A stretch of DNA of 61,235 nucleotides from Nitrospinota bacterium (GCA_016207065.1 JACQQK010000074.1:1-61235); one strand, 5' to 3'; shown: positions 49,248 to 59,451, counted from the stretch's first letter. Numbers and translations are program-made. Notes: generated from the letters alone by a model not told the origin.

Positions 49248-49675
49248 GGCGATTCGCTAAGGGTCCAATACAGGTTCAGGATGGTCACGACGTGGGTGAA
49301 TTTCTCGAAGTCCACCGGCTTGATGATGTAGCCGGCGACGCTCATGTTGAAACTTTCCACCCGGTCGTTCTCCTCCTTGGAGGTGGTCAACACGACGACA
49401 GGGATGCGCCTGAACACGTCGTCGGCCTTGACAATGCGCAAGAACTCCAGACCGTTCATGAGCGGCATGTTGAGGTCGAGCAGGATGATGCACGGGTTCG
49501 CCGTCCGCTTCTGGCCCGCGAACTTGCCCTCGCTCCGCAGATAAGCCAGGGCCTCCTCGCCATTGTTGGTTATGATCAGCGGATTGGAGATTTTCGCTTG
49601 CTTGAACGACCGCTCGATGGTCATCACGTCCACGCGATTGTCTTCAACGATTAAAATTGGGGATTTACCTCGCAT
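49229..49675 (-). CDS. Rcp1-like single-domain response regulator
   Basis: LIVED, LLDLNMP, IPVVVLTTS, YIIKP and YW motifs. Confidence 0.95.
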   Translation of the reverse strand: MRGKSPILIVEDNRVDVMTIERSFKQAKISNPLIITNNGEEALAYLRSEGKFAGQKRTANPCIILLDLNMPLMNGLEFLRIVKADDVFRRIPVVVLTTSKEENDRVESFNMSVAGYIIKPVDFEKFTHVVTILNLYWTLSESPWEEGL

Positions 49676-51734
49676 TGTTCAACGGTTCCTTTTCGAATGT
49701 TTTGGAAATGGTGAAGAAAAACGACGTCCCCTGTCCGATCGCGGATTCCACCCAAACCTCTTCTCCGTGGGTATCGAGTATTTTTTTGACCAGCGAAAGC
49801 CCGATCCCGGTGCTGTCGGCATAGTTATCGCTCTTGTTCAGGGTCTGAAACAACTTGAAGATCCGCTCGAAATGGCGTTCGGGAATGCCGACGCCGTTGT
49901 CCCGTACGCAAAACTCCCAGGCCTCGCCGGCGTCCCGGCAGGAAACCACGATCTCGCCCTCGGGCTTTCCGAGGTGCTTGACGGCGTTCCCGATCAGGTT
50001 CTGAAATACCTGTTCGAGATGGATCAGATGAAATAACACCGCCGGAAAAGCCCCCTCGGTCGCCACCCGTATGTTTTTGGGTATCGCGAGGGAATTGAGC
50101 ACGGTGGCGACGACTTCCGCGGAATCCAGCGTGGACTTTTCGAGCCTGTCCCGGCCGATGCGCGAGTAGGCCAGGATTCCGTCGATCAGCTTGTGCATCC
50201 TTCTGGCATTGTCGAGAAGCAGTTGCATCTGTTGCCGTCCGGCATCGTCGAACTTGCCGGCGTAGTCCTCGGCGATCCATTGGCCCAGGGACGCGATGCC
50301 CCGGACCGGCTCCTTCAAGTCGTGGGAGACGACATAAGCGAACTCCAGCAATTCGTTGTTGACGTGCTCGTAGTTCGCGAGCGCCTCCTCCCTCTGCTTT
50401 TCGGCGCGCTTGCGCTCGGCGATATCTTGAAACGTGACGACCGCCCCGACGATCTTGCCGTCCTCCATGGAGGAGGTGCAGGTATAGTCCGCGGGGAATC
50501 GCGATCCGTCCTTCCTCCGGAAATAATCTCCCGCTTCGCGAAACGAGATATAATCCCTTAGGGCCCCGTAAATCGGGGATGGGCTTTGCGAGGAGGCCCC
50601 ATTCCCGGCCATGCCGCCGGGCAAAACGGCTTCCAGGGACTTGCCGATGATTTCGGGGTTGTCATAGCCCAACGCCTGGGCCGCCGCCGGGTTGACGAAG
50701 GTAAAGTTCCCGCGCAGGTCCAGTCCGAAAATCCCTTCCGCCGCGGAGGTGAGGATCAGGTCGTATTGCCGGTTCAACCGCTCGAGCTTCGCCTCGGCCC
50801 GTTTGTGTTCCGCGATTTCATGGTGCAGTCTTTGATTGGCCCGCGACAGTTCGGCGGTCCGTTCCCCGATGCCCGTTTCCAGGTTTTCGCGGGCCAGCCG
50901 CTGGTTTATTTCCGAGCGGTCGCGCTCGATCACGCGGCCCAGCTGGGCGCCGACGTGCTCCATGACGTTCAACAAGGCCTCGTCCGGCTCCTCCGCCCGG
51001 CCCGAAAAAAACTCCAACACTCCCGCGGCTTCCTTGCCCACGAGTATCGGGAAGGCAAAACCGCCCTTGACCCCGATGTCGCCGGCCTGTTTGGCGCGGG
51101 GGAAATTGGGGTCCCGGGTCACGTCGATGATCCACGCCGGTTTCCCCGACTCCAGCACCCGGCCGGGAAGGCCGACCCCCCGTCTCATGAGCGCGCCTTC
51201 CGTTACCCGCACAAAGACCTCGAACTGCGCCGGGTTGTCCAGATGCCAGATGTTGGAGGGCTCCAAAACCGACTTATCGTCGCCGGGGAAAAGATAGGCA
51301 TGTCCCACCGGCCAGCCCGTGGCCTCGCAAACCTTGTCGAGGCTGATTTGGATCGCTTCCGGAAGCATCCGGGCCTCGTTCGCGGCTATCGCCACGTCCT
51401 GAAGCAGATTGACGTAAACGCTTTTCCGGGCCAAGACCTCCTGGGTCCGTTTCTGCAACAAACAGGTCATCGCCATCGTCCAAACCACGATGATGGACAT
51501 GACTCGATTGACGCATACGACCCAAAACTCGCCTCCTGGAGGGGAAAGGAAATACCCCAAAACGATAAGTCCCGAGGCCGCCCCGGCGCTGACGAACAGA
51601 TACCGCTTTCCGGGAATCCACAGACTGACGGCCACCGGGGCGATATAAAGCATGCCGTCGGCGATTCCCAAGGGCGACGACAGGTCCAACAGGAAAACCG
51701 CCCAAAATAATAATACACCGAGAAAAGTCAACAT
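49665..51734 (-). CDS. Membrane GAF-PAS histidine kinase
   Basis: N-terminal TMs, GAF (GLPGRV...FPR), PAS, SHDLKEP, DNGVGI and TGIGL. ATG 51734 preferred. Confidence 0.92.
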   Translation of the reverse strand: MLTFLGVLLFWAVFLLDLSSPLGIADGMLYIAPVAVSLWIPGKRYLFVSAGAASGLIVLGYFLSPPGGEFWVVCVNRVMSIIVVWTMAMTCLLQKRTQEVLARKSVYVNLLQDVAIAANEARMLPEAIQISLDKVCEATGWPVGHAYLFPGDDKSVLEPSNIWHLDNPAQFEVFVRVTEGALMRRGVGLPGRVLESGKPAWIIDVTRDPNFPRAKQAGDIGVKGGFAFPILVGKEAAGVLEFFSGRAEEPDEALLNVMEHVGAQLGRVIERDRSEINQRLARENLETGIGERTAELSRANQRLHHEIAEHKRAEAKLERLNRQYDLILTSAAEGIFGLDLRGNFTFVNPAAAQALGYDNPEIIGKSLEAVLPGGMAGNGASSQSPSPIYGALRDYISFREAGDYFRRKDGSRFPADYTCTSSMEDGKIVGAVVTFQDIAERKRAEKQREEALANYEHVNNELLEFAYVVSHDLKEPVRGIASLGQWIAEDYAGKFDDAGRQQMQLLLDNARRMHKLIDGILAYSRIGRDRLEKSTLDSAEVVATVLNSLAIPKNIRVATEGAFPAVLFHLIHLEQVFQNLIGNAVKHLGKPEGEIVVSCRDAGEAWEFCVRDNGVGIPERHFERIFKLFQTLNKSDNYADSTGIGLSLVKKILDTHGEEVWVESAIGQGTSFFFTISKTFEKEPLNNAR

Positions 51735-52052
51735 GATAAAAGTTCGGGAAGTTAAAAAAAACAACGGAACAACAATAAATTCTCATTATAGATGAAAGCC
51801 GCGCCCATGGCGCGGTTTTCATCATCGATTACGCCATGCCCGACTCAAGGGGTTCCGGAAATTTTCACGAGGACCGCACACAAATATATTACTTTCGCGG
51901 TAAGTAATTGTAAATAGAAAAATCAACATAGTTTTCAAGTCATTGAAAAAAAACCGTATTCACGCGCCGATCGAAACCAGCCGATCGCGCCTTTTCGAAA
52001 AGGCGTGGATATCCGTCCGAAAAAAGGACCCTCGATTCGACTCGAAGGCTTT

Positions 52053-53993
52053 TTATCCCCCCTCGTTCTTGAAGAACACGACGCCCAGGGGCGGCAACGT
52101 GATCTCTATCGAGCGGTCCCGCCCCTGGGCCGGGATGGGCGCCGTATCGACTCCGCCGAAATTGCCGTATCCGCCGCCTCCGTATTCGACCGCGTCGCTG
52201 TTGAGGCATTCCCTCCACCATCCGCCCCTCGGCGTCCCCATGCGGTAACGCAGTCTGGGGACCGGCGTGAGGTTGCACGCGACGAGGATGAGATCGCCGC
52301 CGCCCCTGCTTTTCCTCACAAAACTGACGACGCTTTGCTCCCAGTCGTGGAAATCGATCCACTCGAATCCCTCCGGGGAAAAATCCATCTCATGCAAGGC
52401 GGGCTGGGTCTTGTAAAAGGAATTCAGGTCGCCGACCCATTTGCGAATCCCCCGGTGCGGCGCATGATTCAAAAGATGCCAATCCAGGCTGGCGTCGTGG
52501 TTCCACTCGTTCCATTGCCCGAATTCGCCGCCCATGAACAGGAGTTTTTTCCCGGGGTGCCCGTACATGTATCCCAATAACAGCCGCAAATTGGCGAACT
52601 TCTCCCAATCGTTGCCGGGCATCTTGCCGATCAGCGAGCCCTTGCCGTGGACCACCTCGTCATGCGAGAAGGGCAAGACGAAATTTTCCGTGAAGGCGTA
52701 CCACAACCCGAACGTCAACCGTTCATGGTGGAATTTCCGGAAAACGGGATCTTTTGAAAAATAATCCAGGGTATCGTGCATCCACCCCATGTTCCATTTC
52801 ATGCCGAACCCCAGTCCGCCCAGATGCACGGGCCGGGAAACCATCGGCCACGCCGTGGACTCCTCCGCGATGGTCTGGACGCCGGGACGTTCCCGGTATA
52901 CTCCCTGGTTGAGGAGGCGCAGGAACTCGACCGCGTCGAGGTCCTCGTTCCCCCCGTACCGGTTCGGGACCCACTCCCCGTCCTTGCGGGCATAGTCGAG
53001 ATACAGCATGGAGGCCACGGCGTCGACGCGGAGCCCGTCGGCGTGATATTTCTCCAGCCAGAACAGGGCGCTACTGATCAGGAAGGACCGGACCTCGTAG
53101 CGGCCATGGTTGAAAATGTAGGTGTTCCATTCCGGGTGAAACCCCTTCTTGGGGTCCGCGTGTTCGTAGAGATAGGTCCCGTCGAAAAACGCCAGCCCAT
53201 GCGCGTCGTTCGGGAAATGCGAGGGGACCCAGTCGAGGATGACGCCGATGCCGTTCTGGTGGAGCGCGTCGATAAGCCCCATGAATTCCCGCGGCGTCCC
53301 GTGACCGGAGGTGGGCGCGAAATAACCGACTTTCTGATAGCCCCAGGAGCCGTAGAACGGGTGTTCCATCACCGGCAGAAACTCCACGTGCGTGAACCCC
53401 ATTTCCTTCACGTACTCCACGAGGCGCGCGGCCAGCTCTGTATAGGTCAGACAGCGGTTGTTGTCCTCCGGCACGCGCATCCACGACCCCAAATGGACCT
53501 CGTATACGGACATGGGAGCGTCCAGCGAATTGACCCTGGCGCGGTCCTTCATCCAATCGCCGTCGCCCCACGAATAGTCCAGGTCCCAGACCCTGGAAGC
53601 GGTATTGGGGCGGACTTCCCAGTAGAAAGCGTAAGGGTCGCCTTTATCGACGCGGTAATCGTTGAACCGCGAACGGACATGGTATTTGTACAACGCCCCG
53701 CGGGAGACGCCGGGGATGAACCCCTCCCAGATTCCGGAACCGTCTTCCCTCTGTTTCAAAACGTGGGCGTCAGCGTCCCAGCGGTTGAAGTCGCCGATGA
53801 CCGAGACATGTTGCGCGTTAGGAGCCCAAACGGCGAAACAGGTCCCGTCCTCGCCCTCGACCCGATGGACATGCGACCCCAGCTTGTCGTACATCGCGCC
53901 ATGCGTCCCCTCCTTGAACAAATAGATGTCGCGGTCGGTCAACAGGCTGACGTCATGCCGGACTTTACCGGGGCCGTTGGTTCGCGCTTTCAT
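52053..53993 (-). CDS. glgB: 1,4-alpha-glucan branching enzyme (short form)
   Basis: FAVWAPNA, YEVHLGSW, SWGYQ, LRVDAVASM, AEEST and SHDEVVHGK motifs. Confidence 0.97.
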   Translation of the reverse strand: MKARTNGPGKVRHDVSLLTDRDIYLFKEGTHGAMYDKLGSHVHRVEGEDGTCFAVWAPNAQHVSVIGDFNRWDADAHVLKQREDGSGIWEGFIPGVSRGALYKYHVRSRFNDYRVDKGDPYAFYWEVRPNTASRVWDLDYSWGDGDWMKDRARVNSLDAPMSVYEVHLGSWMRVPEDNNRCLTYTELAARLVEYVKEMGFTHVEFLPVMEHPFYGSWGYQKVGYFAPTSGHGTPREFMGLIDALHQNGIGVILDWVPSHFPNDAHGLAFFDGTYLYEHADPKKGFHPEWNTYIFNHGRYEVRSFLISSALFWLEKYHADGLRVDAVASMLYLDYARKDGEWVPNRYGGNEDLDAVEFLRLLNQGVYRERPGVQTIAEESTAWPMVSRPVHLGGLGFGMKWNMGWMHDTLDYFSKDPVFRKFHHERLTFGLWYAFTENFVLPFSHDEVVHGKGSLIGKMPGNDWEKFANLRLLLGYMYGHPGKKLLFMGGEFGQWNEWNHDASLDWHLLNHAPHRGIRKWVGDLNSFYKTQPALHEMDFSPEGFEWIDFHDWEQSVVSFVRKSRGGGDLILVACNLTPVPRLRYRMGTPRGGWWRECLNSDAVEYGGGGYGNFGGVDTAPIPAQGRDRSIEITLPPLGVVFFKNEGG

Positions 53994-54003
53994 GAATGGA
54001 GTC

Positions 54004-54519
54004 CTATTTACCGCAACACTTCTTGTGTTTTTTGCCGCTCCCGCAGGGACAGGGGTCGTTCCGCCCCACCTTTTCGCCCGAACGGACTATTGGCTTGGAG
54101 GACGGAACCGCCTGTCGAGCGGAACGCTTGACGGACCGTTTTTCGCTGTAATACCACCGGCCGTCCTCTTTCACGAACCTCGACGTTTCGCTCAACGTTT
54201 TCGCGACGCCCTTCTCCAGGTAATGCGCGGTAAACGTCACCTCGCCTTCGCCGTCCTCGCGCCCGCCGTTTTTCAGGCCGAGAATTTCCAGCTTTTTCCA
54301 GTGGACATTCTCCTGGTTCGCGGAATACGCCCTCTCCATCCCCGGACGCCTTTCCTCCGGCAGGACGGTCGCGGCCAGGTAGTCCCAGTTTTTCATGACA
54401 TGGGCCGTGTACCGGGAGCGCATCAAATCCTCCGCCGTGTCGGGGAGGACCGCGCCGCGGACCAGCGGGGCGCAACAGTCGGTGAAGGGGGAATTCAATC
54501 CGCACGGGCATTCGTTCAT
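54004..54519 (-). CDS. ychJ: YchJ-family protein (SEC-C motifs, NTF2-like)
   Basis: CPCG......[14 protein letters not shown] and [18 protein letters not shown] motifs. Start is approximate. Confidence 0.92.
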   Translation of the reverse strand: MNECPCGLNSPFTDCCAPLVRGAVLPDTAEDLMRSRYTAHVMKNWDYLAATVLPEERRPGMERAYSANQENVHWKKLEILGLKNGGREDGEGEVTFTAHYLEKGVAKTLSETSRFVKEDGRWYYSEKRSVKRSARQAVPSSKPIVRSGEKVGRNDPCPCGSGKKHKKCCGK

Positions 54520-54594
54520 CGTTCGCTCCATTTTTTCCACGCAAGTTTCCCGCCGCCCCGGGAGGCGGAACGGGTTTTCCGGCCTCTCCCCGTC

Positions 54595-55692
54595 TCACTC
54601 CCTGACGGAGACGGAAGAAGGGCCTTTCAAGTAAAGGGAGCCCGTCGGCGTCCGGAAAAACTTTTCCAGGGGGATATCCTCCTGTTTCAGGAATCCGCGA
54701 GAGGGGAGATCGCCGCCCGCGACCAGTTCCAAAACCGCGCAGACGGAGGCGGCGGTCGTCCAGGAGATGGCCTTCCAGGACTCGCCGGCGATTCCCAGAG
54801 GATAATAACTGCGGACGAATTCCTCGCGCGCCTGCTTGCCCTTCCGCCGGCCTTCCACCGCCGCGTGGACGTACACCACGTCGTCCTTGACAGGGGGTTT
54901 GGCGTTGACCAGGATTTCGCCGGCGCGCTTGCGTTCGTCCCTCATATGCAGTTCGTTGAAGAAGAAGCTCATCAACTGGCAATGACCGGGATAGCGGATG
55001 GTTTTGTAATTGAGGTTCGAGACTTTCCCCTCGAATGTCTCGCACATCGTCCCCAGTCCGCCGGAAGTGGTGAACGCCTCCAACTGCACGCCGTCGATGA
55101 CGATGGTCTCCAGCCCTTCCATGGCGGTGATCTTGGCGCGCTTGCCGTCCTTGATGACGTCGCAGTCGTTGAGATACTCGTTGACCACGCCCTCCGGAGA
55201 CCAGTTGAACGCATACCCCAGAAGACCGCGGGGGTGCTGGGGCAAGGCCCCGACCCGGAGCTCGATGCTTCTCAGGCGTTCAAACTTTTTCGTCAGGTCG
55301 GCCCCCGCGACGCTGATGAACCCTGGCGCGAGACCGCACTGCGGGGCCATGACCCCTTTCGCGGAGGCCGAAAGCTCCCGCACCGCCTGGGTGGTCGCCA
55401 CGTCCTCGGTCAGGTCAAAATAATGGCGGCCCGCGGAATGCGCGGCGCGGGCGACGCCGAGGTTCAGATGGTAGGGAAGGCAGGTCACCACGGCGTCGTG
55501 TCCATTCACCGCCCGGGCAAGGGCCTTCGCGTCCGAAACGTCGCTTTTCCTCACGCCGAAGGGGACGTCCCCGTGGGTTTTCGAGTCCAGTCCCGAGACC
55601 CGGTAGCCCGCCTCGTGCAAAAGGATGGCCGCCAATTTGCCGACCTTCCCCAAACCCACCACAAGAACGGATTCAATGATTTTCCCGCTCAT
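54595..55692 (-). CDS. Saccharopine dehydrogenase / lysine 6-dehydrogenase family protein
   Basis: GLGKVG, HYFDLTED, CGLAPG, EAF.TSGG and YKTIRYPGH motifs. Confidence 0.9.
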   Translation of the reverse strand: MSGKIIESVLVVGLGKVGKLAAILLHEAGYRVSGLDSKTHGDVPFGVRKSDVSDAKALARAVNGHDAVVTCLPYHLNLGVARAAHSAGRHYFDLTEDVATTQAVRELSASAKGVMAPQCGLAPGFISVAGADLTKKFERLRSIELRVGALPQHPRGLLGYAFNWSPEGVVNEYLNDCDVIKDGKRAKITAMEGLETIVIDGVQLEAFTTSGGLGTMCETFEGKVSNLNYKTIRYPGHCQLMSFFFNELHMRDERKRAGEILVNAKPPVKDDVVYVHAAVEGRRKGKQAREEFVRSYYPLGIAGESWKAISWTTAASVCAVLELVAGGDLPSRGFLKQEDIPLEKFFRTPTGSLYLKGPSSVSVRE

Positions 55693-55789
55693 CGCCTGAA
55701 AGTTCCTCCCATCGCCCGATCGGACTCCGCGTTTCCGGTTTATATTTTAGACTATCCCAAAAAACAATCAACAGAAGTCCCAACGGGGT

Positions 55790-56392
55790 TCAAACCCTTC
55801 CGGCGGACCACCGCATGACAAACCAGGCCCAGACGCCGAGCATTCCTGCCCAGCCCGCGACGCGGGTCCGTCCGGCGATGACCGTGTCCCGGTCTATCAG
55901 GTTGAAACGGAAGAACAGGTTGCGCCAATCGTGCGCGTCGTCCCCCAGCCCGCCGATCAAGGGCATGACCAGCGCGCGCGCGTCCGCCATGTAAACTGCG
56001 ACGTCGAGAAAGTTTTCGAACGTCCAGAACGCGCCGAAAGCGAAACCGGCCGCGTCCCGCCGCCACCAGAACGAAAGCGCCGCGGCCAGCGGGACCAGGA
56101 CCTGGTTCAGGCTCCCCCCGAAAACAGTCAGGGTTTCGTTGCCGAATATTCCGAAAATCCAATGCCCGGCCTCGTGGAACACGAGGTTGACGTTGTGGAC
56201 CAGGAACAACACGACCGACCGTTCCCCCAGCATGTCGCCCGTCGTCAAGAGATAGACCATCAATCCAAACCCCGACGACAGACCGAGCATGGCCGGGGTC
56301 GATACGGGATTCCACGGCATGGCGGAACGTTCGCGAAGGGTTTCCCAGATACCGGCCGGAGCATTCGAAGGACCGGGAGATTTTGCTTTCAT
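55790..56392 (-). CDS. Membrane protein with HExxH motif (putative zinc metalloprotease-like)
   Basis: FHEAGH, YMADAR and HDW motifs, several TMs. Confidence 0.7.
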   Translation of the reverse strand: MKAKSPGPSNAPAGIWETLRERSAMPWNPVSTPAMLGLSSGFGLMVYLLTTGDMLGERSVVLFLVHNVNLVFHEAGHWIFGIFGNETLTVFGGSLNQVLVPLAAALSFWWRRDAAGFAFGAFWTFENFLDVAVYMADARALVMPLIGGLGDDAHDWRNLFFRFNLIDRDTVIAGRTRVAGWAGMLGVWAWFVMRWSAGRV

Positions 56393-56508
56393 GCCCGCTT
56401 TCCATTAAATTAGAGGAATCTGGTGGGTCGGCAAACTGCGGATAGCGACCTTGAAGTTTGGATCAGACAAATGGGCTGTATCCGGGTCCGCGACGAAAGC
56501 GAAGGTCC

Positions 56509-56670
56509 ATGACGAAAAACAAACCGCGCAAGAAAACCAAAAAACCGAACCCGTCGGCCAAGGCTTTGGCCAGCGGCCGGTACCGGCAACGGCGGGTGGA
56601 GTCCCGGAAGGTTTACCGGCGGCCAAAACAAAAACGCGTTTCACTGAAGGAGACCCAAAGCGACGGTTGA
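56509..56670 (+). CDS. Small highly basic protein, ArfA-like motif
   Basis: 53 aa MTKNKPRKKTKKPNPSAKALASGRYRQRRVESRKVYRRPK... with GAAGG SD-like sequence upstream. Confidence 0.5.
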   Translation: MTKNKPRKKTKKPNPSAKALASGRYRQRRVESRKVYRRPKQKRVSLKETQSDG

Positions 56671-56699
56671 GGAAACCGCCGGCTCCGGCGCCTCGCCGG

Positions 56700-56812
56700 C
56701 CAGCGTGACGCTGGATCCAACTCCGCCTCCGGCTGACGCCGAGGGCGGGGGGTTGCATTCCGGCGATCGCTACAGCGTCATCGCCGCGTTACCTCCGGGC
56801 GCTTGCCCGGCC
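56700..56812. repeat. Modular palindromic intergenic repeat, copy 3
   Basis: Contains the CCAGCGTGACGCTGG, CCGCCTCCGGCTGACGCCGAGG and GCGTCATCGCCGCGTTACCTCCGGGCGCTTGCCCGGC modules. Confidence 0.85.
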
Positions 56813-56822
56813 GGACGATCTT

Positions 56823-57836
56823 TCAGCCGCCGATGGCGTGCATGGCGCGCCGGGGACGCTCGAAATCGTCCAGGTTGATCTTGTGGCCGGGCTCCTTGAG
56901 TTGGACGGCGTATTGGATGGTCGCGGCGATTTCCGCGTCCGCGGCCCCCGAGCGGACCATGTCCTTGAGGTCGTATTCCGCGGTCGAGAACAGACAGGTG
57001 CGGAGTTTGCCGTCCGCCGTCATGCGGATGCGGTTGCAATGGTCGCAGAACGGATTGCTGACCGCCGTGATGATCCCGATCTTCCCCTTGCCGTCGGCGA
57101 ACTGGTACTCGCTGGCCGGGCCGATGTCGAGGGACTCGTTGACCGGGACCAGGTCGTATTTCCGTTTGACGATGGCGACGATCTCGTGGCCGAAAAGGAC
57201 CTTGTTCTTTTCCCAGACTTCGTCGGAATCGAGAGGCATGAACTCGATGAACCGGATCTCGAACCCCTCCGACCGGCCCATCTCGATGAGCCCCATGATC
57301 TCGGTCTCGGAAAAATTGCGTATGGCCACGGCGTTGATCTTTATGGATTTGAACCCGGTCTCCGCCGCGGTCCGGAGCCCTTCCAGCACTTGCTGGAGGC
57401 AGTCCCTGCGGTTGACGTGGCGGAACTTTTCTGGGTCGAGCGAGTCGAGGCTGACGTTCAGGCGTTGCAGTCCGGCCTCTTTCAAGGCCCGGGCCTGGTC
57501 CTTCAAAAAGAAGGCGTTGGTGGTCATCGCGATATCGTCGATGCCTTTTATTTTGGACAGCATGGCGACCAGGACGGGCAGGTCCTTGCGCATGGTCGGT
57601 TCCCCGCCCGTCAGGCGGAGCCGGTTGATTCCCAGGCTGGAAACGATTTCGACGATGCGCGCGATTTCCTCGAAGGAGAGCAGTTCCTTGCGGTCCATGA
57701 ACTCGACGTTGTCCGCCGGCATACAGTAAGTACACCGGAAGTTACAGCGGTCGGTGACGGATATGCGCAGGTTGACGATCGTCCTGCCCATCCCATCCAC
57801 TAACTTGGGTCTCTGGTGTTCGTTGGCGGTCGTCAT
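56823..57836 (-). CDS. moaA: GTP 3',8-cyclase (molybdenum cofactor biosynthesis)
   Basis: LRISVTDRCNFRCTYCM, TGGEP, RFIEFMP, FCDHCNRIR...CL and a C-terminal IGG. Confidence 0.97.
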   Translation of the reverse strand: MTTANEHQRPKLVDGMGRTIVNLRISVTDRCNFRCTYCMPADNVEFMDRKELLSFEEIARIVEIVSSLGINRLRLTGGEPTMRKDLPVLVAMLSKIKGIDDIAMTTNAFFLKDQARALKEAGLQRLNVSLDSLDPEKFRHVNRRDCLQQVLEGLRTAAETGFKSIKINAVAIRNFSETEIMGLIEMGRSEGFEIRFIEFMPLDSDEVWEKNKVLFGHEIVAIVKRKYDLVPVNESLDIGPASEYQFADGKGKIGIITAVSNPFCDHCNRIRMTADGKLRTCLFSTAEYDLKDMVRSGAADAEIAATIQYAVQLKEPGHKINLDDFERPRRAMHAIGG

Positions 57837-58182
57837 ATGCAGTCGCTCAGGCTTTACTTTCCGGCGGTTTACGCAAGATCGTTGCCCCGGAAAGGCGAAG
57901 CCATCCCCTTCCTTTTTGCATGGTTGAACCTGTAACGGTCATTATAACCCTTTCGCCGGGTTTTGCACCTGAATAGTTGACGCCGAACCGCCCCCTCTCC
58001 CCCTTCCTCATTAAGAATCATCGAATAGGCCAAATTCCTATATTGAATAAGAAATATCTTTAATTAATGCCAAAACAAAGCTATTATATCGGCTCTTGGA
58101 ATATCGACGGCGAAAAAAAGACGAAAACCGTCCTTTAGCCTTGTAAGCGGCCACAACTCATTTCATTGTCCAGGAGCGAGTT

Positions 58183-59451
58183 TTGGAGATCCAGGAAGCG
58201 CGTGCGCGGCTCAATTATTTGCTGACCTTGAATATCCGCCGGGAGGAAGCGTTCGGCCCCCTGTCCCTGGCGTTCATCAAGGAGCCGGACTTCGACAGCG
58301 TTGGCCTGTCGGCGGAGGAACGGTTCAACCTGGTCATCGCCACCGTGCAGGCGCTCGACCCGAACCCGAAACGCCACAACCTGAAGCTTGAGTTATTGCG
58401 CCGGGCCAAGGCCCTGCTGGTTCAGACGTTCTACTTCAACCATGAACTCGCCCGCCACCTGGAACAGGACATCCAAAAGACGGAAGCCGAGTTGACGTTA
58501 TACAGCGAGGCCATGCGTCCCGAGGCGCGGGCGCCGGATTGCAACCAGCATCGGCTGATCGTCCAGAGCGACGCCCCGGAATACTTCCTGGACATCGCGC
58601 GGAAACGGGCCGCCTCTTACTATCAAAACAAATACTCGCTGTCCCGGGAAGCGCGGACGGCCCAGCACTTCGCCGGTTGTCCGCGCAAGTTCGATCCGGA
58701 CAACCAGCACATCCAAAAAGAGTTCCCGGGGGCGTGCGGGCCGTTCATGAACTCCCGCGTCAACGCGTTCCACCTGATGTTCCCCTTCGACCTGAAAATC
58801 AGTCGCAAGCCGGAGGCCCCCCTGGAAGCGGGCGCGCGTATTTTTTACGCCAAGAGGGGTTATTCGTTCCCGCTCTGTTACGAAAGAGACAAGTATTGCA
58901 GTTACCACGACGGGCAGGTCGTCGAAATCCCCATCGACGACCCCCACCTGTTGTTCGTCTCCTTCTCCGCCGTCAAGGAGCCGCAGTTCAAGGGGCCTCC
59001 GGGGATGACGACGGACGTCCCGCCGCGGTTTGCCTATCCCGCGACCGTGCTCGACCGCGTCGGAACGTTGGGGACGTTCGTGCAAATCCCCACGAACTTC
59101 AAAGTATGGTTCGACGCGTCGGCGGTGTCGCTGTTGGTCCAGGGCGCGCCGGACCTGCCCGAATACGGGGCGCTCGGCGGGACGGGACTGATGATGCGCT
59201 CCCATGCGTCGGACAAGCTGGACGCCTACGTCGAATCCACCCGGGAACCCTGGCAGGAAGGGTTGAGCTTCAACTTCGTCAACGTGCACTTGCAGTTGGC
59301 TCCGGGGGTGGACACGGCGGTCGTCCCCTACAACACCCCGATCTTCACGGTCCATCCGACCCACTGCCTGCAGAACTACAACTTCGAGGACGCCCGAAAC
59401 GCGCGCGTCCGCTCCAACGGAAACGCCGCCTCATCGCTCCGCCCCGCGTGA
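58183..59451 (+). CDS. Hypothetical protein (helical N-terminus; C-terminal domain possibly dUTPase-like beta fold)
   Basis: 422-aa ORF with AGGAG SD before TTG. Motifs ACGPF......F.LMFPFD and VVPYNTPIFTVHP. Confidence 0.75.
   Translation: MEIQEARARLNYLLTLNIRREEAFGPLSLAFIKEPDFDSVGLSAEERFNLVIATVQALDPNPKRHNLKLELLRRAKALLVQTFYFNHELARHLEQDIQKTEAELTLYSEAMRPEARAPDCNQHRLIVQSDAPEYFLDIARKRAASYYQNKYSLSREARTAQHFAGCPRKFDPDNQHIQKEFPGACGPFMNSRVNAFHLMFPFDLKISRKPEAPLEAGARIFYAKRGYSFPLCYERDKYCSYHDGQVVEIPIDDPHLLFVSFSAVKEPQFKGPPGMTTDVPPRFAYPATVLDRVGTLGTFVQIPTNFKVWFDASAVSLLVQGAPDLPEYGALGGTGLMMRSHASDKLDAYVESTREPWQEGLSFNFVNVHLQLAPGVDTAVVPYNTPIFTVHPTHCLQNYNFEDARNARVRSNGNAASSLRPA

Noticed and set aside
57837-57960. 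Possible Moco riboswitch upstream of moaA
   Set aside because: I could not find the conserved Moco motif elements. Only a TATAAT-like -10 on the minus strand is visible.
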